Source of the DNA: Gammaproteobacteria bacterium
GTDB lineage: Bacteria > Pseudomonadota > Gammaproteobacteria > DSM-16500
Assembly: GCA_013288655.1 (NCBI GenBank)
Contig: JABDBK010000002.1
Location: 2,390 to 66,389 of the forward strand
Length of the DNA stretch: 64,000 nt
Direction of reading: 5' to 3'
Part shown: positions 37,101 through 45,394 of the stretch, one piece after another
Layout: every line of letters begins with the position of its first letter
Numbering within the stretch: position 1 is the stretch's first letter
Translations under genes and position numbers: made by a program
The notes under the pieces: generated by a model
The model's database searches: none
What the model was told of the DNA's origin: nothing
The model's input: only the letters and a program-made list of their open reading frames with translations

Positions 37101-37925
37101 ACCACCGTTATTTATGACATACTACCTATTCTTTTGCCTGAAGGAAATTTCGCCAAGGGAGGAAAAGAATGGTTTACTGAATGGCTGCAAAAAGCTCTAT
37201 CGCAAAGCGATAAGCTCATTTGCATATCTAAAGCCACTGCCAATGACGTTATTACATACCTCAAAAACAATAATCTCTATCACTCCATTCAAGCTATCGA
37301 TTATTGGCATTTGGGCTCTAATTTTATACAAAAAGAAACTCATAAAACGATAGACCGAGCAAAATCCATCATCAAACATCCTTACCTTTTAATGGTAGGG
37401 ACTATAGAACCGCGAAAATCACATATACTAGCCCTTGAAGTCATGGAACAACTCTGGGAACAGGAAGCGGAGCTCAATCTTTGCATTGCTGGCAAAAAAG
37501 GTTGGCTAGTTGATGATCTCATGGATAAAATACAAACGCATCCATTGCTTAACAAAAAACTATTCTTCATGGAATCCGCGTGCGATACAGAAATATATGA
37601 TCTCTATAAACATGCTGCAGGTTTATTATTCTTAAGCAAAGGCGAAGGTTTCGGGCTTCCTTTAGTCGAGGCTGCAAATCATGGCATTCCGATTTTATGC
37701 TCAGATTTGCCAGCGTTTAGAGAAATTGCGGGAGAATATGCAACTTATCTAGATATCCATAATAAGATAGATATGGCGGAACAAATAAAAAATTGGTGGA
37801 AAAACCATAATGCGGGTAAATTACCCGATACAAATAATATGCCGCGCCTATCTTGGAAACAAAGTGCAGAAACATTATTAAATTTAATGCTAAAACCAAC
37901 ATCCTGGTATTGGGAGAGAAAATGA
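34179..37925 (+). CDS. Multi-domain glycosyltransferase (two GT4 catalytic modules flanking a third GT-B-like module), WbdA-like
   Basis: N-terminal [20 protein letters not shown]. EX7E-type GT4 motifs occur twice: [23 protein letters not shown] at ~aa 310 and [22 protein letters not shown] at ~aa 1150. Total length 1248 aa. Confidence 0.8.
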   Translation: [1248 protein letters not shown]

Positions 37926-39160
37926 ATCATTACACACAAATTGAAGGCTGCAGAGTCAGCGGCAGCAAAAACCTGGTGACTGTTTTACATCTTGGCAATC
38001 AAACCTTAACGGGTGTTTTTCCTAAAACTAAAAATGAACAAATCACTACCGGTCCTCTTGAACTCGTTTGGTGCGCTGATAGTGGATTATTACAACTCAA
38101 TCACTCGTATAATCCATCTGAAATGTATGGCGAAAACTACGGCTACCGATCCGGCTTAAATCAATCCATGGTCGATCACTTAACAAACAAAGCCCAGCAT
38201 CTAGAGCGGCTTACCAGTCTATCCATGGGAGACACCATTCTTGATATTGGTAGCAATGATGCGACGACTCTTAAAGCTTACTCTGTCAAAAGTCTTAACC
38301 GCATAGGCATAGATCCAACAGGTATTAAATTTTCAAGCTATTATCCGGAAGATATCAAATTAGTCCCAGATTTTTTTAGTGAACAGGCTTATAAAATTAA
38401 TGTCAACAAAGCCGCAAAAATTGTAACTTCTATTGCTATGTTTTATGACCTGGAAAATCCTATTAAATTTGCATCAGAAGTGGGTGAGGTTCTAGCGCAT
38501 GATGGTGTTTGGCATTTTGAACAAAGTTATATGCCATCCATGTTACGTTTAAATTCTTATGACACCATTTGCCATGAACATCTTGAATATTATTCTTTAG
38601 GTGTCATTCAAAAAATTCTTGGCAAAGCCAATATGAAGCTGATTGATGTCAGCATGAATAATGTCAATGGCGGCAGTTTTGCAGTCACCGCGGTTAAAAA
38701 TAGTTGTAATGCATACAAAACTAATTCAGCAGTCATTGATTGGTTACTAGGCCAAGAAGATAGAATGGGATTAAACAGCCCACGCCCCTACCGTGATTTT
38801 GAAGAGCGTGTTTTTAGACACAGAGATGACCTCGTTCGTTTGATCCGATCACTCGTTGCAGATGGCAAAAAAGTGTTAGGCTATGGTGCATCTACCAAAG
38901 GTAATGTCGTTTTACAATTCTGTGGTTTTACTGCCGAAGACATTCCAGCTATTGTAGAAGTGAATCAAGAAAAATTCGGCAGGCTAACACCAGGAAGTCA
39001 TATTCCTATTATTTCTGAAGCTGAAGCTTATGCCATGCAACCCGATTATTTCCTAGTGCTTCCATGGCATTTCAAAGATGGGATTTTACGTAGAGAGAAA
39101 AAAGCACTGGCGAGCGGGGTTAAGTTTATATTTCCGTTTCCAGAAATTGAGATCGTTTAA
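37922..39160 (+). CDS. SAM-dependent NDP-hexose C-methyltransferase-family enzyme (TylCIII/NovU-like)
   Basis: ILDIGSNDATT SAM motif, FYDLENP, YDTICHEHLEYYS, GASTKGNVVLQF and the C-terminal PDYFLVLPWHFKDGI signature of the C-methyltransferase family. ATGA overlap with the upstream GT. Confidence 0.75.
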   Translation: MNHYTQIEGCRVSGSKNLVTVLHLGNQTLTGVFPKTKNEQITTGPLELVWCADSGLLQLNHSYNPSEMYGENYGYRSGLNQSMVDHLTNKAQHLERLTSLSMGDTILDIGSNDATTLKAYSVKSLNRIGIDPTGIKFSSYYPEDIKLVPDFFSEQAYKINVNKAAKIVTSIAMFYDLENPIKFASEVGEVLAHDGVWHFEQSYMPSMLRLNSYDTICHEHLEYYSLGVIQKILGKANMKLIDVSMNNVNGGSFAVTAVKNSCNAYKTNSAVIDWLLGQEDRMGLNSPRPYRDFEERVFRHRDDLVRLIRSLVADGKKVLGYGASTKGNVVLQFCGFTAEDIPAIVEVNQEKFGRLTPGSHIPIISEAEAYAMQPDYFLVLPWHFKDGILRREKKALASGVKFIFPFPEIEIV

Positions 39161-39163
39161 AAA

Positions 39164-39195
39164 GTAGGGTGGGCACGTTGCGCTGCCCACCCTAC
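39164..39195. repeat. GTAGGGTGGGCA hairpin repeat (12-bp perfect stem) acting as a bidirectional terminator
   Basis: gtagggtgggca-cgttgcgc-tgcccaccctac read directly. The 12-mer is shared with 17072-17083. The right arm contains the stop codon of the GT2 gene. Confidence 0.7.
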
Positions 39196-40235
39196 AAAAT
39201 TAGTCTTGTTAATCTTCTAACTACTCGATAATAATTACGTTCAATAAATAAAAGAATTCTTGCATAGAATGGATACAAAAGCTGCGCCTTATTTAAGTGA
39301 CATTCATAAGTCAAATCAGAATACAAAGCCTTAATTAATTTTTTCATGGCTGCTTTATTTTCTTTCGCTAATTTTAAATCATTGATAGCCTTCATTTCAG
39401 CAAAAAACCATTCGCTTCTAAGAACTCTACGGATATGAAATGCTTCTTTCGTATATTTACCTAAATATTTATTTGCTATGTGGTTCCAGCCATAAACAGA
39501 AATCCCTACTCTATGAATAATACCTTTATCCATAAATGAGTCATTACCGCTGCGTTTTTCTAAATAAATATCATGTAAATATTTTACTTTTAATGTGGAT
39601 AGCATACTAAAAAAACGCGCTGCATGTGCCCAACAACCACCATAAAACTCATCCACATTACCTGCAGCATTCCATGTTGTTTTTTTAAAAATAAGAGAGC
39701 TCATAAAGCTAAAAAAAGCTGTGGTAGTCACTGCTAATTCAAAAAATAATTTATAGTCAGCCTGATTTTGCATATTGAAAATAATGTCTTTATCAGTATG
39801 AAAAATAGGATGCCTTATGATCACTTGTGAAAAATCAATAGAATGTATAGTAAATCCGCAAATAAAAACATCATGTTCAGCTATAAGCTGTTGATATACC
39901 TTCTGAATAGCATCTGGCTTCATGATATCGTCACTACTGAATAACCAACAATAATCTCCCCTTGCGAGAGAAACAGACAAAGCCATATCATGATCAATCC
40001 CGCCTTTTGCTGGAAGTTTATGATAAACAATGTGCGGGCATAATTTTTGATAAGCCATGACAACTTCTTCTGTATTGTCCTCTGAACCTCCATCAACAAT
40101 AATAATTTCCATATCAGGAAGCATTTGGCATAAAATACTATCTAATGTCGCGCCAATATAAGCACCAAAATTATAGGTGGGTATACAAATAGAAAGATTA
40201 ATTTTTTGTTCGTGAGAATCATCCATATTCGGCAT
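39192..40235 (-). CDS. GT2-family glycosyltransferase
   Basis: LSICIPTYNFGAYIGATLDSILCQ...IIIVDGGSEDNT and the SSDD motif of GT-A fold family 2. Confidence 0.85.
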   Translation of the reverse strand: MPNMDDSHEQKINLSICIPTYNFGAYIGATLDSILCQMLPDMEIIIVDGGSEDNTEEVVMAYQKLCPHIVYHKLPAKGGIDHDMALSVSLARGDYCWLFSSDDIMKPDAIQKVYQQLIAEHDVFICGFTIHSIDFSQVIIRHPIFHTDKDIIFNMQNQADYKLFFELAVTTTAFFSFMSSLIFKKTTWNAAGNVDEFYGGCWAHAARFFSMLSTLKVKYLHDIYLEKRSGNDSFMDKGIIHRVGISVYGWNHIANKYLGKYTKEAFHIRRVLRSEWFFAEMKAINDLKLAKENKAAMKKLIKALYSDLTYECHLNKAQLLYPFYARILLFIERNYYRVVRRLTRLIL

Positions 40236-42688
40236 TACGCTTCTAAAAAATCAAACAACTCCAAAACACCCTTACGAAAATTTACATCATTTTCTTCAGG
40301 TTTCATTGCGTGATAAAGCTGACTTTGTTTTTGAATAACAAGTTCTCTATCCATCAACACCCGCTCACAAGCTTCGACGAAAGCTTGTTCATTATTTGCT
40401 TCGCATAAAATAATAGCATCTAAAAAATCCTTGGGAATGCGTTCTGTAATAAACTCTAGATTCCCCGCCACAACCGGTGTGTGATATTGTAAGGCTTCTA
40501 AAATTTGAGGAGGAAAATTTCCTTCTGCCAACGATGTAAAACATAACATCGCTGCGTTACGATACAATGCAGCCAATAACTCATCACTTACAGTATTATG
40601 AAATATAACCCTGGTTTTGTGTTTCATAGCACGAAATATTTTTTTAGCTTTTTTATCAGAATCGAGTTTTGATGTTAACACAAGATTAATATCATGCCCT
40701 TTAGTCACTAATTTATCAAACACATGAAGTAATAACGACAAATTTTTATTTGGCCGTGCCCGTGTAGGATAAAAAATATAAGATTTTGAAGATACAACTT
40801 CATCAGAAAAATCCATTTCTTTTTTTACCACATTCAAACAAGGTAAATAAGACACTTGAATTTTTTCTGCAGAAATATTTAGACGACAATGAGGAAGATA
40901 GGATTTTGTAAATTGAGAATTGCAAAATATTTTATGTGCTTTTTGAGCCAATAATCGTCCGATTTTGGTATGGATACCTTCAACATCTTTAAATTGTTTA
41001 GTTTCATGAAAAAAATGAGGCAGGTAATCCGGTAAATACAACATGATTTTTTGTTTCAATCTCAAAGCATCTGGAAACAAATAATAATGTGGGACAAATA
41101 CAGAAACACAACTGCTATCATTGTTAATAACATCAATATGCCAATCATTACTTTTTGATTCTTCATTGATATAATTGGAACTACGTTGATAATCACGAAA
41201 ATTCTGATGATATCGAAGCAATCTTCCAACTATTTTTTGCAAAAATTGGCGGCATTGTTGAGGCATCATATTTTTTACCATCCATTTAATGGTATTTTTA
41301 CAATGCGCCAACATGAGATGCTTAATATTTGATAAGCTCTCTATCGATGGATGCAACTCACCTGGATTAATGCAAAATATATATACTCTATCCTTATCAG
41401 GATGATTTCTAAAGTAACCATTCAAACTTGCGACTTGATCGGCTTTTGCAGTGACATATATTTCAATATCAGGCATCGTTGTCAATATCAACACTATCTG
41501 CCGTACTACTCTTGAAATCCCTTCATATGCCGTGTACACACCATCACGAAAAATTACGTCACAAACGGGATAATGATAAAAAATATATATACGTTTGATT
41601 TTTGAAGATGCTTTCGGTTCATTTGTCATAAGCCAATTCGATGCCTTATTTTCTCCCGCTAATAATTCATGAAATGTCTTATCAAATACAGGCCATACTT
41701 TTTCCGGATAATACCTATGTCTTACTTCCTGCTGTGAAGAAATGACCTCATCAATAAAGTTCTTGTCCTTTTTCAATAGCAAATTTGCTTTATCATGGGC
41801 CTCCTCCATAGAAGCGCATCTACCTGGTGCATGATAGGTAAAATATTTATCTAGCAATGACCCTGCAAGAAATAATACAGGACCACCAAATATCATCATT
41901 TCTATGGGTGGTAAAAAACAAACATGCGGTTCTGTATAAGTATAAAGATAGCCGGCTGATTGTTGAAATCGTGAAATAAGCTCAGCCCTTGATAGGGTTC
42001 CGACCAGATTTGATTTTTTTATAGGCGATACCTGAACCCCATAATATTTAAAATGCTCTTGATAAAAATTTTTCTGAAGAAAATGGTAATGTTTCATGTA
42101 ATAAGGATTGGTCAGATTGGGACATGTTAATGCAATTTCTGCAGTAGTTCCAACCCAAGTATCTTCAAATTCAAACACGTCCGATGTCAGGCAGTAGGGT
42201 ACGATTTTTTCTCTCTCTCTAAACCAACTGTCATCACCAGCGGCTGATTCTATCGCATGAGGCACTACCCAAAAATTATCTCTTGAGATAATCATGTTCA
42301 ATGCTTTTAATGATTCTAATACTTTACTTAATACAGCAACATGACCATACAGGCGATAAATGATTTTGCCTTTAAAATTTTTCAACATTTCAATCAACCA
42401 CAATGGCTCTATGGTTAGAATAACTGTGTCAAAATAAGTATTAAGTATGTCTGTTATTTCGGGAGTGATAGCATTGTAAAAGAAATTATAGTTAGCTAAT
42501 TTTTCGAATATTTCTTTAGGTAAAGTAGTGACTTGATTGGAGTCCCATTGCAGACAAGCTGACTGATCTTGTCTGGAACTTAAATAAGGCGGATTAAATA
42601 CTTCATAACCCAATTGTCTTAGTCTAGGCAATTCGGTTTGCACAAGGATTTTGTGCATACCTAACCAGAATATTCTTTTGCAAACCAT
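40235..42688 (-). CDS. Large (817-aa) putative glycosyltransferase with a GT4-like C-terminal module
   Basis: C-terminal FTSLAEGNFPPQILEALQYHTPVVAGN is an EX7E-like motif. I do not recognise the N-terminal ~450 aa. TAATG overlap with the downstream GT2. Confidence 0.6.
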   Translation of the reverse strand: MVCKRIFWLGMHKILVQTELPRLRQLGYEVFNPPYLSSRQDQSACLQWDSNQVTTLPKEIFEKLANYNFFYNAITPEITDILNTYFDTVILTIEPLWLIEMLKNFKGKIIYRLYGHVAVLSKVLESLKALNMIISRDNFWVVPHAIESAAGDDSWFREREKIVPYCLTSDVFEFEDTWVGTTAEIALTCPNLTNPYYMKHYHFLQKNFYQEHFKYYGVQVSPIKKSNLVGTLSRAELISRFQQSAGYLYTYTEPHVCFLPPIEMMIFGGPVLFLAGSLLDKYFTYHAPGRCASMEEAHDKANLLLKKDKNFIDEVISSQQEVRHRYYPEKVWPVFDKTFHELLAGENKASNWLMTNEPKASSKIKRIYIFYHYPVCDVIFRDGVYTAYEGISRVVRQIVLILTTMPDIEIYVTAKADQVASLNGYFRNHPDKDRVYIFCINPGELHPSIESLSNIKHLMLAHCKNTIKWMVKNMMPQQCRQFLQKIVGRLLRYHQNFRDYQRSSNYINEESKSNDWHIDVINNDSSCVSVFVPHYYLFPDALRLKQKIMLYLPDYLPHFFHETKQFKDVEGIHTKIGRLLAQKAHKIFCNSQFTKSYLPHCRLNISAEKIQVSYLPCLNVVKKEMDFSDEVVSSKSYIFYPTRARPNKNLSLLLHVFDKLVTKGHDINLVLTSKLDSDKKAKKIFRAMKHKTRVIFHNTVSDELLAALYRNAAMLCFTSLAEGNFPPQILEALQYHTPVVAGNLEFITERIPKDFLDAIILCEANNEQAFVEACERVLMDRELVIQKQSQLYHAMKPEENDVNFRKGVLELFDFLEA

Positions 42689-42740
42689 GATGTCCTTCTT
42701 ATCTATATTCGTAGCATTTTATTTTAATTTTTAACTTGAA

Positions 42741-43115
42741 TTATAAAAAATAGCGATAGTTAACCCCAAATATCTTCGCAATCCTCTTGGCAATAACTTT
42801 ACCGATGGGCCGTTTGCCGCTTTCCATCTTAGATAAATCTGCCTGAGTAACATTGATTTTCTTTGCCATCTCAGCTTGCGTAAGACCTTCTCGATGCCTT
42901 GTACCCCTGAGTAATACACCCGCTTTCGTATATTGCTTTTCAATATTTCCAAAAATATCTTCAGGAAGCACTCCATGTGATACCTTTGACTTATCCTCAT
43001 ATTTTTTTGCTACTGATTTAGGAATATGATAAACATGGCCTTCATGCACCAGATGCAAAATAACCCTGCGATCGCCATGTGATTTAGTATGGTGCTTTTT
43101 CGTGAGTGCCGACAT
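42741..43115 (-). CDS. XRE-family HTH antitoxin
   Basis: C-terminal HTH REGLTQAEMAKKINVTQADLSKMESGKR. Overlaps the upstream toxin-like ORF. Confidence 0.7.
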   Translation of the reverse strand: MSALTKKHHTKSHGDRRVILHLVHEGHVYHIPKSVAKKYEDKSKVSHGVLPEDIFGNIEKQYTKAGVLLRGTRHREGLTQAEMAKKINVTQADLSKMESGKRPIGKVIAKRIAKIFGVNYRYFL

Positions 43116-43377
43116 AATTCACCTTTATCTCTTTTAGTTTATCTTTTACTTCCCAACAACAGACATATGTGGGCTTACCTTTTGTTAAATGACAGTGCCT
43201 GATATCTATTTGCTTACCTTTTCCTTTCAATTTTCCATAGTTGGACCACCCCTTGCCAGGAGCTGCACCATAGTTTCTTAAATCAGAAACGAGCAAATCC
43301 AGGATAGAAATTATCCTTTTATTCAGCTTCTTAGCTTGTTTGCCTGCTTTTTCAGAAAAATAAACATTCCAGTTCAT
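43084..43377 (-). CDS. RelE/ParE-superfamily toxin-like protein
   Basis: 97 aa, basic, with a C-terminal ...VNYVGTHEKAPY reminiscent of RelE/HigB-like toxins. Toxin-first order with an HTH partner (HigBA-like). Confidence 0.55.
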   Translation of the reverse strand: MNWNVYFSEKAGKQAKKLNKRIISILDLLVSDLRNYGAAPGKGWSNYGKLKGKGKQIDIRHCHLTKGKPTYVCCWEVKDKLKEIKVNYVGTHEKAPY

Positions 43378-43403
43378 AAGTATATTTTATAGCATTTTTT
43401 ACC

Positions 43404-43424
43404 ATATGGCAATAATTGCCATAT
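43404..43424 (-). promoter_or_regulatory. 21-bp perfect palindrome ATATGGCAAT-A-ATTGCCATAT; candidate TA operator
   Basis: Read directly, 27 nt upstream of the toxin start codon. Confidence 0.45.
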
Positions 43425-43429
43425 TTTTC

Positions 43430-44260
43430 TTATAACGATTTCATTAATTGCACCACTTTTCTTAAAGGTGCTGTCATCTTCCAGGAATGGCTTCCAGTAA
43501 TACCGGATAACTCATTTTCTAATGATTTTATTTGCGCTCTTAATAAGCAAATTTCTTTAACAATCTCATCATTTTCTTTATATTTAATAAAATTGTCGAA
43601 TACATTAGGAGGCACTGAAAAAGTTTTCAGCAAATCGGAATGCTCTGATGCAATATAAAAACGATTCAATCCATCCTGATAAGCATATATATAACCTGCT
43701 TGCAAAAGTAGAGGCTCCCATTCAATATAACTCTGCTCTTGAGTCAATGGAGCGATAGCTTCTACCACCAATATCCAAGGTCTATGATGGATCCAATCGT
43801 TGCTTTCAATAATGGTAGTTTCGAGGCCTTCCACGTCTATTTTAAGAAAGTGCACATCCTGCTTACCTACAAACTGTTCCCAGACATCATTCAGTGTAAG
43901 AAAACTTGTCTGCACAGCGCTCAATGTAACACCATTCTTTTTATAGTGATCAGCAATGGTTTTATCTGCTGTCGATAGACCTGTCGTCCCAGCCATAAAA
44001 AATTGTGATTGAGTAGCATTTGATGAAATAGCTGCGTTTATATTGATATCTTCTGACCGCTGTTTTTCAAGCTCCTGATATAAGTCAGGATTTGGTTCGA
44101 TATTAATCCCTCGCCATCCTTTGTCATAAAAAAGCTTGGTTACCGAATCAGCAACTGGCCAAGCCGCGCCAATATCCATATAAAAACCTTTTTTAATATG
44201 CTTTAATGCTCGCCAAAGCATGATATCTTCAAAATTTTGTGCATACGAAATAATTTGCAT
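43430..44260 (-). CDS. FkbM-family SAM methyltransferase with a C-terminal coiled-coil tail
   Basis: N-terminal YAQNFEDIMLWRAL and FLKIDVEGLE motifs of the FkbM family. C-terminal heptad-like KEICLLRAQIKSLENEL followed by SWKMTAPLR. Confidence 0.8.
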   Translation of the reverse strand: MQIISYAQNFEDIMLWRALKHIKKGFYMDIGAAWPVADSVTKLFYDKGWRGINIEPNPDLYQELEKQRSEDININAAISSNATQSQFFMAGTTGLSTADKTIADHYKKNGVTLSAVQTSFLTLNDVWEQFVGKQDVHFLKIDVEGLETTIIESNDWIHHRPWILVVEAIAPLTQEQSYIEWEPLLLQAGYIYAYQDGLNRFYIASEHSDLLKTFSVPPNVFDNFIKYKENDEIVKEICLLRAQIKSLENELSGITGSHSWKMTAPLRKVVQLMKSL

Positions 44261-44293
44261 TAAAATATACTCTCATTAATATTGGATTTAACT

Positions 44294-45394
44294 ATGAAAC
44301 TTGGCATCACTGCGCTCAATCCAAATCAGCAAAACATAGACGGCATAGGCGTTTATACGCAAAACTTGCTGAGCTATTTTGCGGCCAAGCATTATGATAT
44401 CAAAACCATACCTTATCAACCCTTATCAAATATACCCTATTCACGCGATGCTTTTCTTCCCCACTCTCTCGCGCTCGCAAGTTTCTTCACACCTTTAGGC
44501 CCATGGTTTAATCGCAATATAGAAAAAAATATAGACATTTTTCATTGTACAAATTATCTCATTCCACGGTTCAAAAAAATACCCGTCGTTGCAACCTTAT
44601 TTGATGCCATCATGTTCAAACATCCGGAATGGAACCATGATACATTACTCTCACTCAAAAACTATCTAAAAAAACGATCCGCTCAATGGGCCGATCACTA
44701 CATCGCCATATCTCATGCTATCATTCCCGATCTTGTTAACTATTGGGGAATTGATGAAAAAAATATCAGCGTGACACATCTAGGGATCGCGCCGCATTGG
44801 TTCAATAGCATGTCTGAAGATGAAAAAAACAAAGTTTTACATAAATATAAACTTAAAAAAAACTTTGTGCTCTCAGTCGGCACTTTACAACCCAGAAAAA
44901 ATATTTCACGTCTTATTGAAGCTTACCAACAACTACCTTATGAATTACAGACAGAATACCCGTTAGTATTAGTTGGGAAAAATGGCTGGCAAACGGATGA
45001 GCTCACGAAAACCATTCACCAACTTGAAGAAAAAAATGTATTACGCTGGTTAACTTATGTTCCTTCCGAGGATTTACAAGCTTTATATCAAAGTGCCGTA
45101 CTTTTTGCCTTTCCTTCTCTATCTGAAGGTTTTGGTTTGCCCATACTAGAAGCATTTGCTTCAAAAATACCCGTACTTACCTCAAGCACCACATCATTAC
45201 CTGAAATAGCAGGCGAAGCGGCTTATTTTATTGATCCCTATCATACCGAAGATATATCTCATGGATTGTTTACATTATTAAATGACCCATCCTTATGTAT
45301 GCAACTCATACAAAAAGGCCATGAACGTGCACAACAATTCAGTTGGGACAAGTGTGCACAAGAAACTGATAAAATATACCAAAAACTAACATAA
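44294..45394 (+). CDS. GT4-family glycosyltransferase
   Basis: [25 protein letters not shown] EX7E motif. ATG 44294 is preferred over TTG 44282. Confidence 0.85.
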   Translation: [366 protein letters not shown]

